Shown piece after piece: positions 22,482 to 32,694 of a stretch of DNA of 64,000 nucleotides. Numbering within the stretch: the stretch's first letter is position 1; every line of letters starts with the position of its first letter. Where the stretch lies: contig NIVC01000491.1 of NCBI GenBank assembly GCA_002269645.1, forward strand, positions 372,001 through 436,000, read 5' to 3'. Both the position numbers and the translations under genes were made by a program. The notes beneath the pieces were generated by a model. The model was not told the DNA's origin. It worked only from the letters and a program-made list of their open reading frames with translations, and searched no databases. This stretch comes from Macrostomum lignano. Its lineage: Eukaryota.

Positions 22482-24801
22482 ATGTTCAGCTTTCTGCGCC
22501 TCCTCTTTGGCGACGACGCCGCAGCTGATCCAGCAGCAGCAGCAGGAGCAGCAGCAGCAGCAGCATCAGCAGCAGCAGCAACATCCACCAGCGAGCACGA
22601 GTCTGAAGCAGCTGCTCCACCAATCGCCGCCGCCGCTGAACAGGTATATTCGGCTAGTTTCTGTTGGCCACCAATTCCAGCTGCTGGCGTGCCTTGTAGC
22701 CAGCGTAACAGCCCGCTGATTTCGCCGCCGAACCGGTCGGCGGTAATAATGATTCCAACAACAGGTGAGCACGCCTTTGCCTGGAAATAATTGTGCGTGC
22801 GTGCGTGTGCGGGACAATTTTATATTCGTGCGCTCTTTCCACGTATCAGAAACTATATATATTGTTTCCTCGTCTAATAAACTCAACAATAGGCAAAACA
22901 GCAGTGCCTGCTGCTACGGATGCTGCCTCCTCGGCTACAGCTGCTGCAGGTGCATCCGCCGCCAGCGCCGATGCCAGCAACAGCAGCAGCAGCAGCAGCA
23001 AGAAGCGGTATGCAGCCTGGGAGAGCTGTCCCCCAACGTTGGGTTGGCGGTGGATGGCGGTTTTTACAGCGTAAGTCGGTCTGCGGAGGAGCCCTGCGCA
23101 CCGGGACTCGGGTCCCCACGCTCTCTGGCCACCCGCCGCAGGCCGCAAATTGGATTCCGCCGTCTACTGCCCGCCAGCGCAGGGTCAGCGCCCCGGCTGC
23201 ATGGGGCTACGCCCCCGGTCCTATTAGCTACGTCTAGCTACAATGTCCGTGACCCGAAAAAGAAAGAAAGAAAGAAAGCAAGAAGCGAGTGTGTCCTGCA
23301 GATGGATGTTCCGTTATCATGCGAATGGATGCACTTAAACGCCACTTTACGGCGAAGCATGTTGCCTGGTGCCTGGCTCGCCCCGTGAGCGCCAATGTAA
23401 AGGACACGGCTGCCGGCTGGTCTACAAAGCAGCGCGTGGACTGGCACTGGCGCGGCCTGATCCTTAGAAGTGAGCAGACCATCAGCTCGAAGAAGCATGA
23501 AAGAACCGAAACGTATTGCGAGCAATGCGCGTGCTGGTTTAGGGATAGCGACAAGCACCAGGTGAGCAGTTGCGACGTGTGAATTCGGGCATACACTGTG
23601 TATCTGCGGGCTGCCATAGACGCATATTGACTCGGACTCGGGATAAGGAGCAGTCGTGTATTAGCGGGCAGTTGTGTATTAGCAGCCAAAGCAACACCAG
23701 CGTCTGCCGACCCGCCGCCAAACGAGGCGTCCGCTATCTCCGCCGCCACTGGCATCGACGCTGCCACCGCTGCTGCCGAAAAGAAAAAGAAACGCGGCTC
23801 CCTGTCCGCGCGATTCAGACCCGATTCGCCAGCCGTGCTGCAGCTAAGAGTGCTGAGATCGCTATACTACGACCTTTCGACAGGTGTTCGCGATCCAAAC
23901 ATCGACGGCTTTGAGAAGTTGAAAGCAATCGCCGACCTGGTACTATCAAGCTTTGAGAAGATGGCGAAAGTACCATATTCGGCCTCCACAGCCGTGGACG
24001 GTGAAAATTACGACTGCAGCGATGACCAAGATGCCGCAGCAACTCTTCCGCAACCGCCGCCGCCGCCGCCGCCACCGCCGCCGCCGAAGCTGAGGCTTCT
24101 GCATGCTCGGAGTCGTCGACTACTCAGCCGCAGCCTCCAAGAGACTTTCTATTCTGTCTGGCCGACCCAAATTCCGCCGCAGACGCTCTACGCCAGACTA
24201 GTAGCAGCAGGAGCGCCCGTCACAAGTAGGAGGCGGCCCTCAGGGGCGCCCAGGAGGCGCGGACGCACCGCAGCCCTGTGGCGATCCAGAGGCCCGTCCT
24301 CTGGCCCGTCGCCGAGGACGACGAGCAGGCCGCTTCCGTGGCCCAGCTGGGCGGGAGCTGTTTTTAAGCCTGCGCCAGGCTGCTGCCCGGGTAGCCACCG
24401 CCACGCCGCTTTATGCGCGGAATACGAGGCCTCCTGGCCTCCGTCCGCCGCCTGGATTGCGAGCTCCGCCGTCGACGCCGGTCAGCCGCGGCACGACCAC
24501 CGATGGTCTCATGGCGTGGACAAGGCAGAGACAGGCCCAGGCCATAGCTGACCTGATTGTGCTGGCTGGCATCCGGCTGCACTTGTTCGCCGGGCTGCCG
24601 CCAGACCTACAGGCCCAGCTCAGGCAAGAGAGCCTGCAGTCCCGGCAAACACTTTTTGAATGGGCGGCGAACTTGGCAGCCAGGACGCTGGCCGACCAAG
24701 AGTTCAGCCGCCAACATACCGAACTGGTAGCGCGGCGATTCGCCGCGGAGCTCGGCCATGTGGACCTGCCACCGCCACTCAAGGCCGTCCTGCGAGAGTG
24801 A
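22482..24801 (+). pseudogene. Multi-exon gene of unknown function with a C2H2/BED-like zinc finger, disrupted
   Basis: ATG 22482 and a phase-compatible intron 22765-22901. CPADGC-x11-HFTAKH and CEQC motifs at 23289-23560. Further frames run to the stop at 24801, with AATAAA at ~24812. Frameshifts are needed, so the exon model is uncertain. Confidence 0.45.
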
Positions 24802-25169
24802 ACAATGCGAAAATAAACTAGATCCTTGGGATCCCAATTTTTACTTCCGTTCTAGCTGTCTGGACTCGATCTGATGGTGCGACAGGCCAATCCGGCCTCT
24901 ATTAAGCATTTCTTTTTTTTCAAAATTTTTCACCCCCCCCCCTTTTTCTCTCTCAACGCATTAAGGATGTTGCAATTTCATTGAATCAGGTCAAACTCTA
25001 CTTTGTCCTTAGGTTATTTTGTACACCGTTGCTATAACTAGTCCTTGAACTTATTTTATTCTGCATTTCTCAGCCAAATAATGACGCCTGTAATTCGCCT
25101 TCTCTTCGCCAATACTCGTACTGCATGTAACACCTTTTTGAATAAATCATCATCAACTTACCTTTTTCA

Positions 25170-25420
25170 AATAAACGCTGAAGCCGTCAGCTTCTTCCGG
25201 CTCATCTTTTAGCTGGAGGAGAGTGATGTGGCCGCAGCCTTCTGCTGCAAGCATAGGGCCGCAGTCACATCTTAGGCACTCTGTCCGCTGCTAGTATCTG
25301 GAATAGGAATTGCTCTGCTGCCTCCATGCACTCTAAGCAGCCTTCGTTGGCGCTCAGAAGTTGCACAATATGGCGCAATTGTGTCGTCAATATCATAGGA
25401 AATTAGGAAGTTTTGCCTAG
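25170..25420 (-). pseudogene. Possible hAT C-terminal dimerisation-domain remnant
   Basis: Weak peptide similarity only (DTIAPYCATSER...DVTAALCLQ versus the LAIPATSxxSER...VEALxCLQ pattern). Confidence 0.22.
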
Positions 25421-25580
25421 CCTAGGGTTAGTTAGTGGAAGCCGCCAAATTTGGCGCTTGCCTGTACTGTTGTTGCCTGGCCTGCCGCGTACGATCGCTC
25501 AGTGTACGCAAGTCTAGTTAGCCGCACTCCTCCCCTTGTGCGCTTGCTGGACCCTCTCCCCTTCTGCTCTCTCACCTAAC

Positions 25581-25679
25581 GGCCCGCCGCTAGCGGAGCC
25601 CATCCCACGCTAAAAATAGCCCGTTAACGGGACCCAGCCCACGGTGGGATGGGCTCCCTTAGCGGGGGCCAGCCCACGA
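25581..25679 (+). repeat. ~100-bp GC-rich inverted repeat, left copy (mate at 36962-37059)
   Basis: GGCCCGCCGCTAGCGGAGCCCATCCCACGCTAAAAATAGCCCG...GGGCCAGCCCAC aligns with the reverse complement of 36962-37059 at roughly 85% identity. Confidence 0.9.
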
Positions 25680-27314
25680 GCGGAGAGGGAGAGGTGGGGT
25701 GGGTGTTGGGTGAGTGTGGAACGCCAGTGCGCACTAGCGTACTAGCACTGTACTAGCAATGAAGCTAGCTGAAAACACTGCACATCCGTGACTCATTTCT
25801 CGTATATTAATGTATGCTGGATGAAGACGGCTCTTTGTCTTTCCCAACTCTCCCAAAATTAAAAAACTCCTAGAACGCATTTCGTTTTAAGCTGCAAGGA
25901 ATTGTATTCTTTAAAGAAACGCGTTTCATTCAACGTATAGTTTCTACTTTTTAATACATATCATTTATCAAACTATTTGACTCAGTTGAATCTTTAAGAT
26001 CTTGAGATTTATTCTTAATACGCTCGTAAGGCTTTCGTTATTTCTTTATTCCAAAGGTAAGCAAACGTTGGTTCTTAATTTGCATTGTACTCATTGTATT
26101 TTCTTTTATGTCTAGCTTATAATTGCAATATGCTAGGAATCTTATATTCTTCCAAAACCTTAAAGGTGGAAATATGGTCAAAGAAAAATAGTACAGGCGC
26201 AAGAAGTGAGGACGACTAGCCATCCATTTCGTTTCAAACGTAAAAGATTTAAAAAAAAACAAACTTAGCAAAGTAAGGTACTAAGCGAGATATTCTAAAA
26301 TTGACAGACAGGCTAATTTCCTAATTCGCAGAATCGCTGAGTCCCAGTTTTCTAATTTCTATAGATTGGACTTGTCCTTTAGCAGTTATCTTTATTTTCA
26401 GAATACTCGTATACTGAATCCGTTTGTAAATATTGTCAAAAAAGGCGGAAAAATAAATTTTGAATTTCCGCACAAAGTTAAAAAAATTAGGAATTTGAAC
26501 AAAATTTAAATTCACGCGGATATTCAAAATCTCACGTTCGTTAAATTCTGGCAATCTGGCGCCCCCTTTGGCACTTCATTGGCCCTGAAATACTTGAATT
26601 GTGGTTGCTGTATGATCTTATTTCCTTTTCTAGTTTAGGAAGTCAAATAAAGAGTAAAGTAGTCAAATAAATTGATCTTATGCTGGAGTACAAATAGATA
26701 CTGAATGTTAGCATTTTAAGCAAAGCGATAATATTGTTTGGAATTCTGTTTACACTAGAGCAAACTGATCTTTCGGACCCGCTCGTATTTAAGATAAAAC
26801 TTTGAAAATAAAACAAAAATGGTAGAAAAGAAACAATTAAAAAGGGATAATAATTACCCAGTGTTGGGCACGATACTCAGAAAAAGTATCGGTTAAAAGC
26901 GATACTCTGATACCCTGTCTGAAAAAATATCGCCCTTCGATACATATCGGCTGTTTTGTGATTTTAATTTACAGTTGCTCAGGTTGCACTGAAGTCGCAA
27001 TCCGCCGCAATCAACCCGCAGGTGACAGAATCCGCTGCCAGCAGACCTCATGGCTGGCTAGCCGTGGTTTGGCTACTCGGGACGCTGTTCACCTCCCCTG
27101 CTGAACGAGGCCATCGCTGATTTTGTCCGCTAAGATGGCGTTCCGCAACGATGGCCGGCCGGCGGCCACGTTCTGATGCTTGGCGGCGCCGCCTAGTGAG
27201 TCATTGCATCCTACCACAACAGATGAGCACATTCCATCCATAATTGACTCGTCTAAAACAAATAGCCCCAGTCGGAATCCATAAATCCTTATCTGATTAC
27301 AACTGTATCGTAAA

Positions 27315-27375
27315 TTCTGAATTGTACTTCTGAATTGTACTTCTGAATTGTACTTCTGAATTGTACTTCTGAATT
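27315..27375. repeat. 13-bp tandem repeat (TTCTGAATTGTAC), about 4.7 copies
   Basis: Direct inspection. Confidence 0.95.
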
Positions 27376-27792
27376 AACACCCCTCGTAAATTGAATTGCG
27401 AAGTATAAAAGTTCAGTAAAACAGAAATACTGAAGTATACTGAACTGACTAAAAATGACACTTTTAAAATATTTCGCAACAGCTGTAGCCAGGGGCGCGG
27501 ATTTAGGGGTCTGGTGGGAGCGCCACTCCTCCCAGCGCTCCCTAGGAACTTTTATTACCTGGATACCTAGGTACTTCTTCCTAGGTACTAGAATTTACCT
27601 TGGCTAGTAATCGACATACTGATTTACTTTGCTAAAATTCTAGAGTTTTTGACGCAAGCAAGGCTGGGCCGTTAAATCATTGATGAAACAAGTTACAACC
27701 TTAGAAACTGTAAATTAATATCACAAAACAGCCGACATGTATCGAAGCAATGAAACTAACCAGTCAAAAACACATTTTGCACTCTCATCCAG

Positions 27793-27985
27793 ATTCTGCC
27801 CGATCGCTACGAGGGCTTCTAGCGCGCTCTGCCGTTGCCGGAGTGCAGAGGGCGAGATTGCCGCCTGGCCACTCGGCTGCCGGCATTCTTTGTCCAGCCG
27901 GACCTGGAGCCCAGGATGTACAACGCCTATGGCCTGGCCGCTGCGATGTCATAGGGGCACCACAAACCTGCACTTGGATATCGCC
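27793..27985 (+). pseudogene. KDM3: Decayed KDM3/JMJD1-family JmjC-domain exon
   Basis: After acceptor CTCATCCAG the frame reads ILPDRYEGF*RALPLPE...[25 protein letters not shown], then after a frameshift GTTNLHLDIA. This matches the KDM3 pattern LPLPEY..R...LASRLP..FVRPDLGPKMYNAYG...GTTNLHLD. In-frame stop and frameshift present. Confidence 0.85.
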
Positions 27986-28403
27986 TGGATACTTTGGTCA
28001 CCATAGCAACATTAATAGAAAATGAGAAGCAGATGAATGTTTATTTAAAACCAGTTTGATTACTTTTATCCCAGATTTAGACTATGAAACACCCGATGGC
28101 CGATATGATACGAACTAAGTTTTGTTATTTTTCAGTTTCAACTGCTCCTGTCTTTTCGTGGTTCATATTTTCAGAATTTAACTAGCAATCAGCGCCCCCC
28201 TTGGGGAGCCAAAAATGCAGTACGAGTTTTTTTAATAAACTACATGTAGATTGTAGTGTCTCTTTGCAATAACCTCAGCAATCGCTTGTAAGCGTTGACA
28301 TCTCAGCAATTCCTCCCCCCACAAGTCTTAACATATCAAACCCCCCCCCTTGAAATCTGAGCGATGACCCCCATAAGCCTTGAAATCTTAAAAAATCTGT
28401 CAA

Positions 28404-28433
28404 CCCTAACCCTAACCCTAACCCTAACCCTAA
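28404..28433 (-). repeat. Interstitial telomeric repeat (TTAGGG)5
   Basis: Five perfect CCCTAA units on the + strand. Confidence 0.9.
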
Positions 28434-28929
28434 AGCATTGCCATTTTAGTAATTCTCCCCAAGAGTCATTATAACATTACAGCATTATAGCAATTCCTCC
28501 AAGCCTTGACATCGTAGCGATTCCCAAATGAATCTCCTAACTTCGACATGACTCTTCTTTTATATCTACTTTCATCTGTTTAAAATGACGCTTCTTCTAT
28601 TAGCGCCCCTCGTGGGGAACTAACAAAGAATGTAATAAAAAAGTGAATAAACTACATGTAGCTTCTGAATTTTACCTAGACATCTCAAAAATCCCTCATA
28701 AGCATTTACGAGTACATCTCAGTTATTCCCCGTGAGCCTTAACATCTTAGTAATTCTCCTCAAGAGTCACAGCACAGTTTCACGTGACTCTTTTTTTATT
28801 TTGAAATGACGCTACTTTTTGACATGACGCTTCTTTTTACATGATGCTTATTGATTTTTACGTAATGCTTCTATTTTTTTACATTTTTTTACTTTTTTCA
28901 TTTTTACATAAAGCTCATTTTCTTTTCTA

Positions 28930-29600
28930 CATGACGCCTCTGTTATTTTTACCGGACGCTTTTATGATTGTTTACATGACGCTTCTATGATTGTTTACAT
29001 GACGCTTATATGATTGTTTACATGACGCTTCTATGATTTTTTACATGACGCTTCTATGATTGTTTACATGACGCTTCTATGATTTTTACATGACGCTTCT
29101 ATGATTTTTACATGACGCTTCTATGATTTTTTACATGACGCTTGTATGATTTTTTACATGATGCTTCTATGACTTTTACATGACGCTTCTATGATTTTTT
29201 ACATGACGCTTCTATGATTTTTACATGACGCTTCTATGATTTTTACATGACGCTTCTATGATTGTTTACATGACGCTTCTATGATTGTTTACATGACGCT
29301 TCTATGATTTTTTACATGACGCTTCTATGATTGTTTACATGACGCTTCTATGATTTTTACATGACGCTTCTATGATTTTTTACATGACGCTTCTATGATT
29401 TTTTTACATGACGCCTATATGATTGTTTACAGGACGCTTCTATGATTTATTACATTATGCTTGTATGATTTTTTACCGGACGCTTCTATGCTTTTTTACA
29501 TGACGCTTCCATGATTGTTGACATGACGCTTCTATGATCGTTTACATGACGCTTCTATGATTGTTTGCATGACGCTTCTTTCATTTATACATGACGCTTC
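28930..29600. repeat. ~22-24-bp minisatellite (TACATGACGCTTCTATGATT(G/T)TT)
   Basis: Roughly 28 copies with variable T-run length. Confidence 0.95.
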
Positions 29601-29929
29601 TTTTTTTGCTTTTATTAGCTGTGTTTTGATATTAGAATACACATACAGGCGCAGTCCCAAGGCTTTTTGCCGAATTTTGCGGACACGTTTGTGGACAAGT
29701 CTGGCTTGAGTTTATGGTTTGACAGCCACTTTGACTTGTCATTTTCTTCTACCAAAAACCGATTAAAGGCTTTCAAACCTTTCGATAAAAGGTGCCATAA
29801 ATATTTATGCGAAGACTACATCTATATTTACTTGTATAGCTAAAGAAACTAGAACGTCAGAAGCTTCCCCTCACCATTCCCCTCTGAGGGATATAAACAA
29901 GTGCATCTTATCAGGGATAAGTAATTAGA

Positions 29930-31480
29930 AATCGTGGATTCGGATTCCAACATGAGGAACCAGGGATATAAATTTAGAAATCGTGGATTCGGATTCCGAA
30001 ATGAGGAATCAGGGATATGGAATTAAGAATCGTGGATTCAGATTCCAACATGAGGAATCAGGGATATGGATTTAGGAATTGTGGATTCGGATTCCAACAT
30101 GAGGAATCAGGGATATGGATTTAGGAATTGTGGATTCGGGTTCCAAAACGAGGAATAAGGGATAGGGATTCGGAATCGGGGATTGAGATAAAAAAATGAG
30201 CTTCTCACCGTTCTATGATAGCTGGCAGTCTTTCAAACATTTAGAAAAAGGTGCCATAAGCTCCTCTCTGCCTTATGAATTATGATATCTGACCCAGTCT
30301 TTCAAGTTTCTTGCAAAAGGTGACATATGCTTTTCTGGGAAAGGGAACTAAAAATCGTGGATTCGGATTCCAAAATGAGGAATCGGAATATGGAATTAGA
30401 AATTGTGGATTCGGGTTCCAAAATGAGGAATCAGGGATATGGAATTAAGAATCGTGGATTCGGATTCCAAAATGAGGAATCGGGGATATGGAATTAGAAA
30501 TTGTGGATTCGGGTTCCAACATGGGGAATCAGGGATATGGAATTAAGAATCGTGGATTCGGATTCCAAAATGAGGAATCGGGGATAGGGATTCGGAATCG
30601 GGGATTGAGATTAAAAAATGAGCTTCTCACGGTTCTATGATAGCTGGCAGTCTTTCAAACATTTAGAAAAAGGTGCCATAAGCTCCTCTCTGCCTTATGA
30701 ATTATGATAGACGATCCAGTCTTTCAAGTTTCTTGCAAAAGGTGCCATATGCCCTTCTGGAAAGGGAATTAAGAATCGTGGATTCGGATTCCAACATGAG
30801 GAATCAGGGATATTGAATTAGGAATCGTGGATTCGGATTCCAACATGAGGAATCAGGGATATGGATTTAGGAATTGTGGATTCGGATTCCAACATGAGGA
30901 ATCAGGGATAGGGATTTAGGAATTGTGGATTCGGATTCCAAAATGAGGAATCAGGGATATGGAATTAGGAATCGTGGATTCGGATTCCAACATGAGGAAT
31001 CAGGGATATGGAATTAGGAATCGTGGATTCAGATTCCAACATGAGGAATCAGGGATATGGAATTAGAAATTGTGGATTCGGGTTCCAAAATGAGGAATCA
31101 GGGATATGGAATTAGAAATTGTGGATTCGGATTCCAACATGAGGAATCAGGGATATGGATTTAGGAATCGTGGATTCGGGTTCCAAAACGAGGAATAAGG
31201 GATAGGGATTCGGAATCGGGGATTGAAATTAAAAAATGAGCTTCTCACGGTTCTATGATAGCTGACAGTCTTTCAAACATTTAGAAAAAGGTGCCATAAC
31301 AAGCTCCTCTCTGCCTTATGAATTATGATAGATGATCCAGTCTTTCAAACGTTTAGAAAAAGGTGCCATAAGCTCCTCTCTGCCTTATGAATTATGATAT
31401 CTGACCCAGTCTTTCAAGTTTCTCGCAAAAGGTGCCATATGCCCTTCTGGGAAAGGGAATTAAGAATCGTGGATTGAGAT
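29930..31480. repeat. 49-bp satellite with a recurring ~185-bp spacer (higher-order repeat)
   Basis: Unit AATCGTGGATTCGGATTCCAACATGAGGAATCAGGGATATGGAATTAGG. The spacer containing ATGAGCTTCTCAC...AAAAGGTGCCATA recurs at ~30165, ~30585 and ~31200. Confidence 0.95.
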
Positions 31481-32188
31481 TAAAAATGAGCTTTTCTAGG
31501 TTCTATGATTTCTGGCAGTCTTTCAAACATTTAGACATTCAAACATTAAACATCAAATATTGTTTCATACATTATATATACTACACCTTGTGGGATTACA
31601 CGCAGGTGCGGTTTTAGTTGGGGGGGGGGGTTAAAGGCCTATTCAAAGGCTTAATAAACTTCATTAGGAAGATTTCCGTCTGCGAAAACTCTGATTCCCG
31701 CCCTCATGCGCCCTATCTCCCCCCTCCCCCCCTACTCCTGTAGGTTAGGGTGATGAAAGATCAGAAGAGTGATATACTGTAAAGGAGAGGATCGCGAGAT
31801 AGGACAATAGGTAGAGATACAGACTACCTATAGGGTAGGACGAGAGTAGCATGACTGAATGGCCTGGAGGAAGGTGATAAAAAGCGATAAAAGCGATATG
31901 GGCGATTCTGTGTGGCAACATAACTCATCACTAACAGTGCATCGAGTGGGTTAAAGATTAGGACAAAGGCATTACACAATTAAGTAGTAAAAGTAAATCA
32001 TAACTCAATTATAATAACTTCGTAAATCTCAGCAACATCGAAAAGTCGCCATCACAGAAGTCTGTGGTCGTCACTTTTGAAAGTGCAGGTGAAGTCTCTC
32101 AATCTTTGCGAGTGACGCAACGCCACGCGGCAGACGTGAGTTGAGGAATGAAGTGGGGAGCGGTGTGCGAGGGTTGAACGGATTAAAG

Positions 32189-32386
32189 CAGCGGTTCTCA
32201 ACCTTTTTTCAGGCGACCCCAATTTATTCACTTGCATCATTTTTAATGTTCGCGACCCCTTTTAAAATTAATATACATGTAATGCATTATTATGTATGAC
32301 AACTCACACATTTCTTCGTGCTGCGACCCCCAGAAAATGGTCACGCAACCCCACTGGGGTCGCGACCCATAGATTGAGAACCACTG
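32189..32386. mobile_element. hAT (Charlie-like) MITE, 198 bp
   Basis: TIRs CAGCGGTTCTCAACC and GATTGAGAACCACTG, with a perfect 8-bp TSD GATTAAAG at 32181-32188 and 32387-32394. Confidence 0.92.
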
Positions 32387-32694
32387 GATTAAAGCTACCT
32401 TGATTAGTTTATATCATATCTTTTATTTATAATATTTTAACTCACTCACTAATAATATATTACTCTCTGGCGCATAGAGTGGCGACTTTTCAATGTTGCT
32501 GAGTAACGATATTTAGTAGATCCTGAACTCTCAGCAAACAGTGATCTAGATGGAGTATACCTAATTGAAAAATAATCAATAACAAAACAATCAACAATAA
32601 CAAGTCCGAAAATGACACTTTTGATTTTTATAGTGCCAAATAGATATAAATCTGCGCTGATCCCTGAAGCCATGCCTTAAAGCCCAAAAACGCT

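Noticed and set aside
23562-23700. Canonical intron from donor CAG|GTGAGC
   Set aside because: No downstream AG restores the frame of ORF 23835, so the insertion model was preferred.
29930-31480. CRISPR-like array of palindromic repeats
   Set aside because: Units are contiguous with no unique spacers, there are no cas genes and the context is eukaryotic.
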